Origin: Camelus dromedarius
Lineage: Eukaryota
DNA: 64,000 nt
NCBI RefSeq assembly: GCF_036321535.1
Contig: NC_087461.1
Span: 21,204,001 to 21,268,000, forward strand
Direction: 5' to 3'
Position numbers and translations under genes: made by a program. Within the stretch, counting starts at the first letter, position 1; every line of letters starts with the position of its first letter. A model generated the notes under the pieces. It worked only from the letters and a program-made list of their open reading frames with translations, was not told the DNA's origin and made no database searches. Shown here piece after piece: positions 38,720-53,519 of this stretch.

Positions 38720-38930
38720 CAGTGACTGCCTGTGTGTACAACACACAGTGAATGTATAATTCATTTAATTCTCAAAATACATCCGTGAAGGTGGTTGCAG
38801 CCTATCAAAGAAGCTAAGCAGGTTGTCCAGGTCTGTGAGCCACGTTGCTCTGCATCACGTGGCTGGTGGGAGGCAAGGCTGGGACTTTGACCCAGGATCT
38901 GGCTCCAACGTCATGCTCTTAACTGCTGTC
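38720..38930 (-). mobile_element. MIR SINE
   Basis: aattcatttaattctcaaaatacatccgtgaagg...ggctgggactttgacccaggatctggctccaacgtcatgctcttaactgctg. Confidence 0.65.
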
Positions 38931-39183
38931 TTCTGTTCATGTTTTTGAAGGAGGCTGGGGAAAATAGCTTTATCTTAACCAGGCATACTTCCTCTCCTCC
39001 CAAATTGGGGCTCTGCTTGGAAGGAGGGGGAGGACAAGAGTGGACACAGGGAGGCAGCTGTCAGAGCCTGCTCAGGGTGCCTGCCTGGGAGCTGCCTCTC
39101 CAGCTCACAGTTCCGAAGCCAGGCGGCCTCCAGCCTCTGAAATTGCAGCCGCTTGGTCCTGGACTGCTAGCCCCTCCCTCGCT

Positions 39184-39243
39184 GTGCTGGCCCCTCCCCC
39201 CATGCTGGCCCCGCCCCCGTGTTGGCCCCTCGCCCCGTGCTCC
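39184..39243. repeat. Short C-rich tandem repeat (about 18-bp unit x3)
   Basis: gtgctggcccctccccc / atgctggccccgccccc / gtgttggcccctcgcccc / gtgctccc. Confidence 0.75.
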
Positions 39244-39876
39244 CTGGTCAGTTCAGCTTCCCCAGAAAGGCCGAATGGGACATACCACAAACCCCGGGAA
39301 GCCCGTTTGTGTGTCCCATTGGGAGCGGTCGTGATCTCCCGACTTGGGGAGCCTGAGGAGCTCCCTGGGAAGGGGGGGGGGGTGAAGACAGCGCTGTTTC
39401 TGTTAGAAACTGGGCCTGGTGTTTATGAAGCCATGGTGTTTGCCAGCAGTGCCCGACTGCCTAGAAGCACCGTGCTTTGTCTTTGCTGCTGTTCTTTACA
39501 GCTTGTGTTTTGGTTGTTAGTTAGCAGTGCTGATGGCCGCGCATCACACAGCCCAGGTCTCTGGTTTTGGGGAGCAGGGTCTTTGTCACTGTCCTAATGC
39601 TGCCGGCACAACCCTGGTGCTGATCTCTGCGGCTGCGTCCCCCAGACGTAGTCCTGGGCTCCAGCTAGACCATGTCTTCCGGGTCTTAGATGATCGTCTC
39701 CATTCAGCCGTAGCCGTCTCAGAAGAAGCCTTCCCCCTTCAGTGCTGAGGAAGGAGTCCCGGGTAGGGGAGCATTTACTGGATGCAGACCAGGCACCCTC
39801 TACAGTCCTTTGAATCGTCTTCTTGGTAAATAATGAGGCTAAACGTTGAGCATAGTTGTTTGTCTTTAGCCCTAGC

Positions 39877-40065
39877 CCAGTGGTTCTCAGCTTCCAGGAA
39901 CTTGCCCCACAGGGGACTTGGCCGTGTCTGGTGACTTACACCGTTGTCACAGGTGGGGGGGGGGGGTGCCACGGGTGGCGGCCCGGGATGCACAAGATTC
40001 CCCTCCTCCCCAACACACAGATGGCTCAAAACCTTGATGGTGTCAAGGTCAAGGTGCCCCCCAAG
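39877..40065 (+). mobile_element. MER20-like hAT-Charlie DNA transposon fossil
   Basis: cagtggttctcagc...ttgccccacaggggacttggccgtgtctggtgac...ttgtcacaggtgggggggggg matches recalled MER20. Confidence 0.8.
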
Positions 40066-40213
40066 TCTCACTGCCGTGTAAGGTGTCACTGAGTTATTGG
40101 TCTTCAGATCAGTTACCCAAATGCTTTGGTGTTGTGTGTTTGGTTGTCCACAGGTCCATCCATGTCTCAGCCATGATTCTGGGCGGAAGAACCCTGCTTA
40201 AGAGTTAACGTTT

Positions 40214-40300
40214 GGGGGAAGGTACAGCTCAGGGGTAGAACACATGCCTAGCAGGCACGAGATCCTGGGTTCAACCCCCAGCGCTGCCATTTAAAAAAAA
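40214..40300 (+). mobile_element. tRNA-Ala-derived camelid SINE
   Basis: gggggaaggtacagctcaggggtagaacacatgcctagcaggcacgagatcctgggttcaacccccagcgctgccatttaaaaaaaa. Confidence 0.85.
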
Positions 40301-43300
40301 GTTGTAATTGCATTGACTACTTTCAAGTGTTTTACAGCCTCACTGATGTCGCACCATTTAAGAAGCCTACAGGGTGATGTTTCTTACAGTTTGTTTTGAA
40401 TATGATTTCAGTGCAGTTAGTAAAGATTTTGCTCTACTTTGTGAGCTCTTAGCATGTGAATGAACATGAAGACCGTGAGGGGCGTCTGAAGAGGTCAAGG
40501 TTAGTGTAACGGGGGAGAGGATTCTGCTGTGGAGAGAATTAGGGGTTTGGAGTTGGAAGCCCTTTCTTCCCGCGTCAGCTCAGCCACCTCTGGTCTTTAA
40601 CCCGCCAGCCTCCGTTTCCTCATCTCCACGTTCTGCACGTTTCATTTTAAGAACGAAGTAGAAGGGTGTATGTGCAAAGCTTTTTGAAAGTTCAAGAGGC
40701 AAATCTGTCAACTCCTGTTACTTGTTAAGTTCTTTTCTTACGGGCTTTTCTCCCCTTGGGTTAATTACTCCTGCGTTAGTTCCTAGGCCAGTCTTCTGAG
40801 TGCCTTTGCTAAAAAGGATGTATAGTTTATTTCTATCCAGAAATATGTGTATACGCATATAGTGTGTGTGTGCAGTGTCCTTGATGACGCAAGGTTTGCT
40901 CATTTCCCGTGGTTGTCCTAGTTCAGACCAGAACAGCAGTTCGAGGATGTCCTGTAACAGCAGGTGTAACGGGGAGACCCGGGAATTCAAAGCGATGCCA
41001 GTGGGGTTGGCGCCATTCCCTGCAGAGTTTGTTGGACAAACACGCATGCTCTGACCGAGCATTTGCCCACACAGCAGGCAGTATAGACTTGACAGTTCTC
41101 AGAAGGCGGAAGTGAGTTGGGATGAGAGGAATCCAGGCGGGTGCGCAAACCAACAAGTTCTGTATTTGAACAGTTGCTGAACTGTTAAGCCGAATAAAGG
41201 AAAATGTGGTGGTTGGCCACTAGTCAGATTTCCTGTTCCCCTTCCGGGGTGGGGAGGGGGTGTGCTGATTGGAGATGCAAGAATTAACATCCCGCGCTCT
41301 GAGCCCCTGTCACCCCACCCCTGAAACCCGCCCAGGATTGTGGATCCTCGGCACCAGCCGGATTCTTAACCACCAGTGAGTCATACATAGCACACAGTGC
41401 TGTGCATCCTGGTGGAGGGGAGCCCCGGCACAGAAAAATGCAGGATCTCTTCTAGAAAGAGCCATTGCCAGTTTTGGGCATCACAGGATCGTCCTCTGTA
41501 TGTGTTAGACTCGCTGGGACCCAGGTGTGCTGTAAGAACACTGACTTGAAACACAGCTGTGCGCTTGGGCGCTGGGTTCTTTAAGAGGGTGGCGTGACCC
41601 GGGTAGACAGGGCGTGGGCACAGAGCCGCTGCGAATCTGCTCCTCTTCTCAGATCTGAGAATTAGGCGTGGCGCCCAGCCCTAATGGGCCTTGACAGAGC
41701 AGGTCAGCGCCTCAGCGTTAAATCTGCATATGCAAATCAGCTGAAAGAAACAAAGTGAAAAGTTCTGTCTCCTAATTTACTCTGCAGAGAGCATCCTTGG
41801 AAATGTGAGTCAACAGAAATGGTTTCCATCATCGACAGAAAAAGTGCTGACTGACACCTTAACTTCACAGATAATGAGATCTTTGGGGAAGCTTTAATCT
41901 TTTGAAATTTCCCGGAGCTACACGAAAAGTCTGTCCCCCCCAACTCAATGACCATGTTATCTGTCTGTCTTTGCCACTGTGATTTGCTGTGTAAACAGGT
42001 AAGGGTAAGAATATGTTTGAGCGTGTTTCAGCTGCCCCTGTAACTAGGTGTTCATCGATAGTCAAAACGTTGAATTTGAATCACGGTGCCTATTTGAGGA
42101 CGAGTATTTCTGACTCAGAAAAGGTTCCCTGAAGCCATGCGTGTGTTTGCTTTACCTTCTACACTTTTACAACCTGGATGCCTGTTTAGGTATCAGACAG
42201 GCAGATGGTCACGGAAATTATTAGGATCACCTTTGTTTCAAAATACTCCTGAATCTTTGTCCTAATAGGGGAAAAAAAGGTGTGTTGTAAGGTATCATTT
42301 CGTCTTTTACTTTTTCTTCTTTCAAGTGCCCTTTTGAATAGATGTGTTTTTTGACTTAGGTCTCATTAGTATGTCTTAGAGGGACTGCCTTCGGGGCAGC
42401 ACCGCTCACTAAATTGTTCTGATGCTTCTAGAAGAGGGAAACCATGGTAACCAGATGCAGGCTATGATTATTTGCCTCTGACCTGGCAGAGTGTTGGGTT
42501 TAACAAAAGAAGCTTAATAGAAATGTTCAAATTGACCCTTCTCATCACTTGGGCTGCCGGGAGCTCAATCAGTCTCTCACTGTTACCAGTTATTCGAGCA
42601 AAGGCAGCAGTGATCACATTTTTCGTAATCACTCCTTGAGCCAAATGTAATTTGCAATTTGCTGTATTGTGTCATGAAACAATAGTGCATTAAAGCGAAC
42701 AGCGTGAGAATTAGGAGCGTAGTGGTAAAGAAAGGACGCGGAGAAGAGGTCGTGTGGAAGGCGCTCTTGGCATCGCTCAGAGTGGACGTGGCTGATGTCA
42801 GCGCCAAATTAAGCATTTAGAAAAATCAGAATTGTGTGTTGTTTTCACTACTTTTCAATGTGTGTGTATGTATTTTTTATTTTATATATAATAGCATATG
42901 TATTATTTATTATAAAGTCAGTGGAGTAGTTGGGGGAAACAAAAAATTTACTTTGCATATGATTTGCATTTTCATGTTTGGCATTTTGTGTTAGTGCGGT
43001 TACTTGTGTTGGTGTGTTTTAAAAAAAAATGAAGTATATCAAGCCTTATAAAAATCCTGTATGGAACAGTAATTACATTTTGACCCGTTTTTACACACAG
43101 GGAATTTATTACAGAAAATACGTCATGGGGTCTGAAATAGCTTGATGTTCGAAAAGGCTGTAACTTCAAAATTAAGGTACATTTCCCCATCTTCCGTCAT
43201 TTGACTTGAATGGCTCTAAGTATAGATTGTAAATACTATTTCACAATTATTTGTGTTTATCTTGTGTTTTGAAAGACTACTGTGTTTGCCTCTTTTTTTT

Positions 43301-46300
43301 TCCTTAAGTTTTTATATCTGGTCCCATAGATTTTTGTTTGGGGTGTGTGTGTATGTTTTTAAGATCTTTGGAGTTTAAGGGGGTCTTGTAAAGTCAGAGT
43401 TGCTGATGTGCTGGGTTCAGGTTCTTAACTGCTGCAGTACTTCCTGTCCGCATCCTCCCAGGATGCCTGCAGTGTCCGGCAACTAGGCATATCAGTGCGT
43501 CCTCGATTCCATCACACAGGCTACCTGGGGAAGGATGCACTTCTTAGGCCATTTACTGGGGGTCCTGACGAGGCTCTTTTGTCCACTAAGGGCACATCAC
43601 ATGTCTGAAGGCTGCTCTGGCTTCATTAAGTAGAAGCCCGTTTTTCTTTTCTTTTCTTCTTTTTTTTTTAAAAAGTCACTTGTTTTTTTCCTGGATGCCA
43701 AGCAACACAAATTTAGTTTCTTTAAGAAATCTAATCAGACCAGCACTGATGAAACCCGTACACAATCAAATGATGATCTCAAGTCTGTGAATTCCCTTTC
43801 AAACAGAGCCCCCCGCTATACGGCACCGACTCAAACTGCGCCCATTTACAAGAGCACCAGCAAGTTGTTGCATCCTCTTTCCAAGGCTCCCGTCTCATCA
43901 CGCTTGATTACCGAGATGTTTTTTTGCCTAAATAGGAGCTTTCTGCTTTTCCTAATCAGCCCTCTCTTCCCGATTCATCCAGCATGGCCACAAATCAGTG
44001 CGAAAATCAGTGCCCAGTCATGGTAGCAATTTCGTACAAATGCCACTGAAAAATGTAAGACCCTGTATGGGAAGGACGTATGAGAAGTGACTTTCTTCTT
44101 TTTCTCATTTATAAAATGGAGGCTGAGACATAAAAAAAAGAAGAAAAAGGAACAGAGCCAGAAACCCAGAGTACATCATTATACAGAAGCCATGCACGCA
44201 CACCTTCTCGCTGTCCCTCTCTGGTTGGGTTTGGGACTCTTGCTGTCAGGCGGCAGGATTGCATGTCACCCAGACAGCATTGACTTCTGGAGTGTCTTTG
44301 AACCGAGAAATGTCGGCACTGCCCCGGAAGTGGGTCTCTGGCAGTTGGTACGACCCTTTCCAATGGTCAAGATGAGTCCTTGTGCCCAGACTCCTGGGCT
44401 CCTTAGAAAGGTTCCTTCAGAAACAGCGTCTCTTGGATCTCATTGCTGCTGGCCACACAAGACTTACCTCGTTTGTTTCAACAGAGCTGTTTTGACCAGC
44501 TGCTCTCAGTCTAAAAGCCTGGAGTGACTGGGGCTGTCTCTGGTCCCTGAAGCTCCTGAGGTGGCTGGATGTGTCCAGAGTCGGCACCTGCTTTGCTGGA
44601 TGACCTGGTAAATCACTAACCCCCTGTGCTTCCTGAGGTTTCTCCTGAACACGAGGGTGATGACACCAATTTGACGTGTCGGTTTGGGAATTAGTGAGAT
44701 AAAGTATATAATAAGATTCCAGCAAGTTCTGGTTAAGTGTAATTAAATGAGCCCGAGAGCCTGCCTGCAGCAGGTGCTCAGTCGTAGGTCTCACTCACGA
44801 TGTCCGCAGGGTGAACTTCGTAGGTCTGGGAATTTCATTTTCTCCAGGAGCATCCAAGTTCAGACCCACCAAGGTCTTCTCAGCTAGCTGCGGGGTGACT
44901 GGTACTGTCTTCCTTACTGGCGCTGTGACTCTGGACAGCTCCACACACATCCCTCTTGGGGCTCAGTTTCCTTGTCTGTCAGAGACAGACGGGACGGGGC
45001 AAGTCGCTAGGCTTCAAGTCTCAGAAGTACACGCACACGCGGCTTCAGTGCACACAGATAGGGGTGCGCTAGAACCATCTGGAGATACGTGGCTCGATTT
45101 TTATTGTCCTCAGCTAAAATTTAGAGCTTTAAGGCAGAAATCAGTTCTGAAGTTCATCACTGGGCTGATGAGTTGAGGGAATTTGCTGTCATATCAAGAA
45201 TTCAGGGAAAGATTGTACCAGAATCAATTGAAAAAGCTTTTAGAGACACTTGGATCAGAAGCCATTTACAAAAGCAGGGCTCAGTGGACTGCAGATGAAT
45301 GAGGTTAAGAGCTGGTGAGTTTGCTTTGACTTGAGTGAATGTGCGTCTCCAGGCGGGCAGAGGGCTGGGCCGGGACCAGCGCTGACCCAGGGCACGGTCT
45401 TCAGTTTTGCCGCACAGGGTATTGAGTCCGGCCCATTGGGCAGCTGGCATCTCTCAAGGGTCTCGAGGGCCCCAGCAGTAGTCAAAGATGGGGTGGCACA
45501 GTGGCTGGACAAACACCTGTGTCCACCAGAAGCCGGAAGGTTCTAGGAATAGATAACGAATTCCTGGGGAAAGGAAGTGAGTGACTCTCGTGATGGTGCA
45601 AATATGCAGAAACGGGTGGTGATACACAGCACAGGGGACTGAGTTAGATGAGCGTGTGGACCACCCCAGCGCGGAGTCGGTGGTGGGGGTGGATGTGGAC
45701 AGAAGACTTCTGACAGCTGACACCAATTTCCGATTCCAGCCATTTTTCCATTCTCCCCCTGCCAGACAGTATCACTTAACCGACACATTTCTTAGGGTAA
45801 ATAGTAAGACACGTCTTGTAGCAAAGCCCTCCTTAGACGTGAAGATCTCGGTAATTAGCAGCGAGAAATACCAGGTTTCTGGGTGACATTTCAATGAGGG
45901 TTTTTTTTTTTTTTTTGAAGAAAATCTTATTTTAAAAATTATACCTCAACGCTTACAAGATAATTGGTTTTAGGTAGTCTGTTCACCTCTTTTTAGCTAT
46001 GGCGGCAGGTCTTTAAGACTTCCCTTTTACTCTTCTGTGTTTTCAAGCTTATTAGGAAAAGCCCTTTCACGACAAAACCAATTATATATATTTTTTATTT
46101 ATAGCAGGATGCTGTGTGTTATCATTCAGCCTAATTTTCCCCTAAAGCTCTCTAAGTTTAGTAGCAGTAGAAAATAGAGTGAAATATTTCTGTGTTGTGT
46201 CTACCGCAGAGAGAATTAGGTTAATTTGCTGAAAACCGAAATGATGGTTGAAAAGCAGGAAACTCTGAGCAGTGGTTAATTGTTCATGACACGTCTTTCT

Positions 46301-49300
46301 ATGTAGAAGCAACAGAACTTTGTTGCAGTCCTTGTGACTGTTGGCTGGTTTTTTCCTTGCCCTGTTCACCGGCGAGTGCACATCTCATCCGCCTCTCTTT
46401 GGGGAAGTAATGTGTATGGTGGATCCAGCAGACGGCGGTCATCTGATTTGCAGGGCGTCATGGTGGAACCCACTTGGCAGATCACTTGGAGATGACGTTG
46501 CTGAATGAGAGCATCTCTGTGTCCTTTATGAAGACAGCCACATGGTTAAGCAGTGTTGCAATCAATTCCACCCTGACAAGACGGCTCCCCCGCTGCCGCG
46601 CTGTCTTCAGCGGCTTGTTTGCATTTTTTTCATCACACCTTCTCTCTCCACGCGAGAAAATCTGTAGAGCATTGGTAGATTTTCTCTACCAATTTTTTCT
46701 CCAGCTCTCTATTTTCCTTTTTGACTCTTAAAAAAAAAAAAAAAAAAAAAGCCCATTCCACAGTGTTCATCTGACCTAAGCGTTGACTAGCGAATTCACT
46801 AGTGGTGGAGACGTCACTTTGACATGTGTGTGGAGCTGTCACGGGCAGTTGGTGGAACTCATTCTCTGCTGGGACTGGCTGTGCTTCCTGGGTGTCCTGT
46901 TACTACAATATTTTTTCAGCTCTCCTGTTTCTTGGAAAAATGACCCATTTGAAATTCATCGGTGGCTTTTAAAAGATAATAAAATAAATGTAATTGATGT
47001 CTTCTAAGTTTTTAAGAACCTTGCCATTAAGTGTTGTCTTCATTGGTTGATTTCAGCTATGAAACCGACTTTGTGAGGACGTGGGGAGCTGGAATTTTTC
47101 AATGAGCACCCCCCGCCAGCCGCTGCCCTTTAAGAAGAATTAAGCAGCTGTAAATTAAGAACACTAGAATATGTTGGCAATTAGAGTGGTGGCGCGGTGG
47201 CTACTTTTCTCTTTATACTCTGGAATGGTTGGTTTATTTTTTTCACTTGGAGTCTTTATTTCATTCTGTCAAAAAATTACAGCCGAGGGATCCATTTTTA
47301 CCCCAATTATAAACTAATACGCTATGCTGTTACAGTATGCCTTGAAGAAACCGCGTGATTTATTAACTAAAGCAGACATTAAGGGAAACGTCCAAATGCT
47401 AACCTGTAAGCACTGTATCTGTGGTTTCTTTTCCATACCTTAGTCTTGAGGCTACAATTTTAAAAAACAAAAGTATATAAGTTTGATAATAAATTTACAA
47501 ATAATGAAATAGTATATTCCGGTGAGAGGCGGCAGCCTAGGATATTGTGACAGCAAATACTATGAGAAAAAAGGTAGTTCTTAAACGTGAGTTGCGATTT
47601 ACTGTGCTTTTTTCTTTTTAATCAAGTGTATTTGAGATAAAAAGCTGAAAGCTGATAGGTTGAGATCTAAACCTGAAACTTTCTTCACCAAGTAGGACCA
47701 AGATCATTTTTAAAATGATTTTAACAATAACTAATTAAACTCAGTGTTAGGTTTGGAGCTGAAAATATTGAAGCTGCTTTAAAACATGGAGAAATCACTC
47801 ACTCGATTAATTCCATATTATTAACTCAAAGGGCAGATTCTTCTTGTAAGATTGATAATACATCTTGTGTCATTTCGCAGTGTTTCTCAGCTTCTGTAGA
47901 GGGTGAATGTACATGGTCTAGGATGTGACCCAGCACAGCAAACAAAACGGGTCATTGTGGCAACACTGTGTTGTTTGGAGGATATTTATGAACTGAAAGA
48001 CTAAATGGTTAAATGATTTACCTTTAGGAATACCTGTTGTTAGTGAATGTCATGTATTAAGATTTGAACTTAACACTTTCCTTGAAGTTAGAATTTAATA
48101 CATTTTATATTTCCAGGTGCCTCCGTGTTGCAGAAATCTTCAGGGTGGAAGTCCCTGGGGCGTTAAGGGCCGTCCACGTGCTGATGATACCCACGGACAT
48201 TAGTTTGTGCAGCCCTGTCTTCTCCCCAGAACCTCTTGCAGATGTTCAATAATGTTTGAAAGGGAATGAACATTATATTTTAGATGTTGGCTTCTTCTGA
48301 GATGTGTCCGTTTTTTATGTTTGCTTTTTCATTTCTTTATCAACTCATTCTGTAAAGACAATCATTATGCTTACCTCTTAAGCATTATTCATATGTTGAC
48401 AAAAACAAAGGAAAGAAAGTTTTAATTTTATTTTTAATGCTTTGTATTTTTTGTTTTAAAAGCATAGTACGTAGTGTATCCCTTGTCAGAAGTCGTCGGT
48501 TCCTGGGCTAAATTTCTTAGGGACTTTTTTTTTTTCCTTTTTTTCTTTTTTCTCCTTTTTTGCAACTGAAATGATCTTCCAGTTTCTAAAAGGCATTAAA
48601 ATGTAAGGATAGATTTGCTTTATGGAAGTTAATTTTGTAGGTAATTTTCAATGCTGTTGAGTATTGTGCATAATTTTAAAGGAATAGCGGTGGTGGTGCT
48701 TTGACTGTTACCTATTTTAACATCTTAAGGATGCTTTCCTTACTTACTTTTAGTGCAGTGTGACTTTAGTGGACATAAGCAATGTTTCCATTCACACTTC
48801 CTTGCCTAGACCAGTGCTTGAAATCAGGTTTATATTAAAGAAGAAAGACCTATGCTCCCAACCAAGACATTAATTGAGACCCCTTTTTTCTCTTTTCCTT
48901 CACCCTTGGACCTACCTTTTCACTCTTCTTTTCAGTGTGATTGTCACCATCAGCCAGATTCCTACTTTGTCCTCAGAAAGAAATCCTCACTATACTGGAT
49001 ATATTATGAATGCCCAGCTGACTGTCTGTAAAAGACTTCTGGTTTGAAACATCTGGTGACCACATCACCACAGACGGATATTATTCGAGGTGGGGGGCAT
49101 ACACATTTCAGGCAGCACGGTCTGGAGAAAAGTCGAGAAAGGTAACAGCAGGAAGAAGCACTGATCCCCTGTCCGAGGCTGCGGAGAGACTGTGGATGCC
49201 AGCAGGGGAAGGGAGCGTCCTCTTGGCCGGCCTGGAGTTCCTGCCCGTCTGGGGATGTGTGTGTGGACAGTTTCTGAGGCGCGTGGTCAGCCTTCATGCT

Positions 49301-49816
49301 TTTGATCAGATGCAGATTTCCAGGTGGACTGTGCCACGTTGGGCCATTCCTGCTCATCCGATTGTAGAAGAGGATTTGAAGAGACTTAAAGCTTTCCCTT
49401 TAGTGCGCACGCCTGCAGTCTGATGGCAGGGTAGATGATCAGGGTGAGCGGTCCTTTGTACTCAGGACCTCGCAAACACGGCCTTGGTTGTCAGAGTGTA
49501 AACAATGATGAATGTCTCCAATAAACCTGACTATGAAAATAAAGAAGCATAGTTGTTTAGGGAGAGATGATTGAATAGATGATTGTGGATTATCATTCTT
49601 CAGTCCTGAGAGAAACCCACTCTGATACAGATTTTTATCATCCAGCGCTGGAAGGATCTGGCACTCAGTTCTATATGTTTATGGGTTGTGAGTGTAATAA
49701 GGATGACCCGCAAGGATGGTGGTGGTGGTGTTTTTGTTTTGCCAAAGGGAAAAAATGGATATTGAGGCCATTTCCCGAAGGGTCTTTTTTTTTTTTTCTG
49801 GAAAGTTCTAATTTAA

Positions 49817-50077
<261 letters not shown>

Positions 50078-53000
50078 TAGGCTGCGGGCACTCCCGGAGA
50101 CCCCGCGGAAGGGGGGTGCTTTTTTTTTTTTTCCCCCATTCTTTGTTTTCTTTTTCTAATATAATGAGGTTGCATTCCATTGATACTTATTTTTTTCTGT
50201 GTCAGTCCAAATATTGGTGGTTGTGGGATGAATAGAATGTAAAGAAACGTGAAAAGAAAACACCTTATGTTTATTTGAGGGAATAAAGTGCATTTGATTG
50301 GTTTTAGTTAAGATCTTTGCACAGGAGATGGTAGGGCTTATGAGATCAATAAATAAACTACTGAATTTATGATCACTTTTAAAATCACAAGAAATATGGT
50401 AAAATTCGGTCTCATTCATCTACAAGTATATAGTATATTATAATCATTTTAAAGCAATACTCCTCTGAAAGTAGAACTGTTTGAGTTTATGTATCTCATA
50501 TAAAATATTTTGATTTCTAACAGGAATTGGGGAGGCTACTGATTTTTTTACTGTGTTGTTTTCCTATCAAACCTGCCATTTCTTTTTTCTCCTTCTGTTT
50601 CACTGTCACACTTTGTGAGACGTTTTCTGCTTAAATTTTATTCCATCACTTCCAGAAAGATTGTTATCTATTGTTGAATCATTTCATGCTGGGAACCCAA
50701 AGACTACTGAAATGAATGAAAAGTCACTTTAAGCAGACACTCGAAGACCGTTTTCTAAGTGATTAGCATTTTTCTCATTATAATTCACAGGGGATGAGAG
50801 AGCCAGCTCACGCCAGGGTTACTAGAGTTCACAGGCATGGAGCAAGTCTCTCTGTAGCATCCATTTCATTTTCAGAGTTGCCGCGGAAGACTTCCTTCTC
50901 TTACTTTTAATAACTGGGGGGTCAGGGAGTTCCTGCTGCCTCGATCAAGGTTGTGAACCTCAACATGGCCGGTAGCCAGGACTCTAGCCCAGCGTCTTAG
51001 GACCACGTCTGCTGTGCTGAGTACAGTCCTAGAGCCAGGACACCTGCCACCTCTCACTTCACAGGGGGAAGAAGAACTAGACAGGGGGTCCTACCAGTTT
51101 TCTGTAGAAGTGATTCACGTTCAGATATTTCCCATCCATCTTTCCCAGACCCCTGAGGATTGTTCTGCTGGGCCAGTCTGATTCTCTGTGTGTGGCTTTT
51201 CAGGTATAAAATCTGTATAAGTGGGGAACATGTGGACTTTGTGATGCAAGTTTGGGTTTACTGTTCTGACTCTTCTCCAATTTTGAAAAAGTCATTCCAC
51301 CTTTCTTGCTTCCTTGACTCTCTCTAATCCTCACCAGTTTGGAAATCCTCACACTTACTCGTAAACTCACTGTTTTTAGACCAGGGTGTGCAGTGTTCCG
51401 TGGTGTGTGGAATACAGCATTTAAGTACTCACGAGTGCAGACGTCTCTCCTAAGAGGCTTTTCTATCCCTTAAGGAAGCGTGTGTACCAGGTAAATGGAT
51501 GGACTCAGCTTTATCCACGGGCAGATGTGTGACTCGGTTAGTGAGCTGAGGGTGAGGAGGAGTCATTAGACTTCTCCTGTCTTGATGCCAGCCAAAGGGA
51601 GAGCCCCCTGACCCCGTTTTTCAGATTCTAAATATTCCTTTTATGCAGTTTAAGATGAGCTGCCCTGCTTCCATGCAGAATTCTATCAACTTTTTCCAAA
51701 ATACTTCTACAATGCAAAGTCAAATTTTTACAGCCAAACAATGGTTTTTACATAATGGCTGCCCTTGTATCATTAATTTGCCTAAGGCATGGTTCACCTC
51801 TCAGCTGTGCTTTCAATCTCCATGTCTGTGCCTATTATGATGTAATACTTCTGGGAACTAGGTTGATGCTAATGAATTTACAATGTCCAGGAGGCCTAGA
51901 ATAAAGAATCTTTTAGGGCCAAGTGAATGATCCATTAAAAAAAAAAAATCAGTTAGCTTCGTAATTGAAGAAAACTGCTCTACTTTGTGTTTCAGTAATA
52001 ATTTTTACAAATATGTTTTATTTAAACTCATGGATCTTACAACAGCAGTATGAGATGTTGAATTGTGTAAGAGATACCTGTTTAGTGTTTGTGGTTTTGA
52101 TAAGCAATCCTGCTCTGGGGTAACCTCGCTCCTAGTGTGTCTGTCTGTTGGCATCACTCCTTTTGAGAATGGAAGCTGCAGCTTCCTTGGGAAGAGTCTG
52201 ATTGGAGGTAATAGATAAAAAGAAATAAACCACAGCTTATATTCTCACCACTGCCTTTACTTCACCACTGACTGGCAGGGAAGCATCTTCCATAGTGTTA
52301 TTTACTTACTGTAGCTATCTGAGTTCCAAAAACGATTTTGGCTGATTCCAAATGAAAATAGAAAACCTGACATCCCTTCGTGATTAGTTATGATGTGTCC
52401 ACATACCCAGCTGTTTATTGGTCCATACCAATCCATGAAACCTGAATATTACCCAATATAGAGTATCAAAAAATGGAAAGGACAGTGAATATCCTTTAAA
52501 ACGTTTTTCCTCCCACGGTAAGATCTATTTAGATAGTGAAAGTAAATTAGATTCTTCGGAGCAGGGCTCTGAGATTGAATTCGACGTCACCCATGCTAAC
52601 TTCCTCCCTTTCCTCCCACTCGCTGTAAGGAGGGGTCTTGAATCCGTGCTCTTTACGTAGGAGAATGGGTGAGAAGGGTCCCCACGTGGTCTTCCCTGGC
52701 CTCAGACTTGAGTCTGCCTGCCTGAGGTCTCCTCTTGAGAAGTCAGGTGTCACGGGTGACGTTAGCTGGTCCTGTGATGTGCTGTTTGGACCCCTGGCTC
52801 GGAGCGCTGAGCCCAGGTACCCCACCCTTTCAGTGATGCTTTGGCCACCGGGAGACACTAAGCCAGGCAATTGGTGTTTGGAGCTGAGGTGTGAATCCAG
52901 TGCTTGCCGCCGCCTCCTGGCTTCTCCTTCAGGTGTGCCTCGGGGGAGGGAGCCCTACTGGCTCGTGTCCACCACCCGAGAGGCTGGGGCTCCAAGCCCC

Positions 53001-53519
53001 ACATGGAGTCTGTGCAAGCACATGACCCCGGTGACTTCAGGGCCACTCAGCTTCTGTCACGACGCCCGGCAGTGGACGTCTCTTTTGGCGCTGTGTCAGA
53101 AGTCACGTTTTGGCTCTCGCTCTGGTGGCATCCCCACTGCTGGTTTAAGGGCATGTGAACTGTGCGGCGCGGCTCCCAGACAGCACTCAGTAGCAGAATA
53201 GGGCTCTGCATGCAAAGGTGTTTGAGAAACACTTGCTTAAACCCACTTACGCCTATTTTCTTCACTCTGTCATTTGTCAGAACCCTTGTTCTGTTCCTAT
53301 GCATTGTAAGTCGCCAAAATGGGACTAGAGTCATCACTCCCTAACTTATTTCTTCACAGAACATCCCCCTTCACTTCTTTTTTTCTATAAAGTACTGACG
53401 TCTCTTAGAATTTGTGTCATTTGGAAAATACTGATGGCAAGGAAGGACCACTGGTTCCTGGTTTGGCCATGTCCATCCAGCTCCTCCATCTAACTGGCTG
53501 TAGAAATCCCTAGAGCTGT

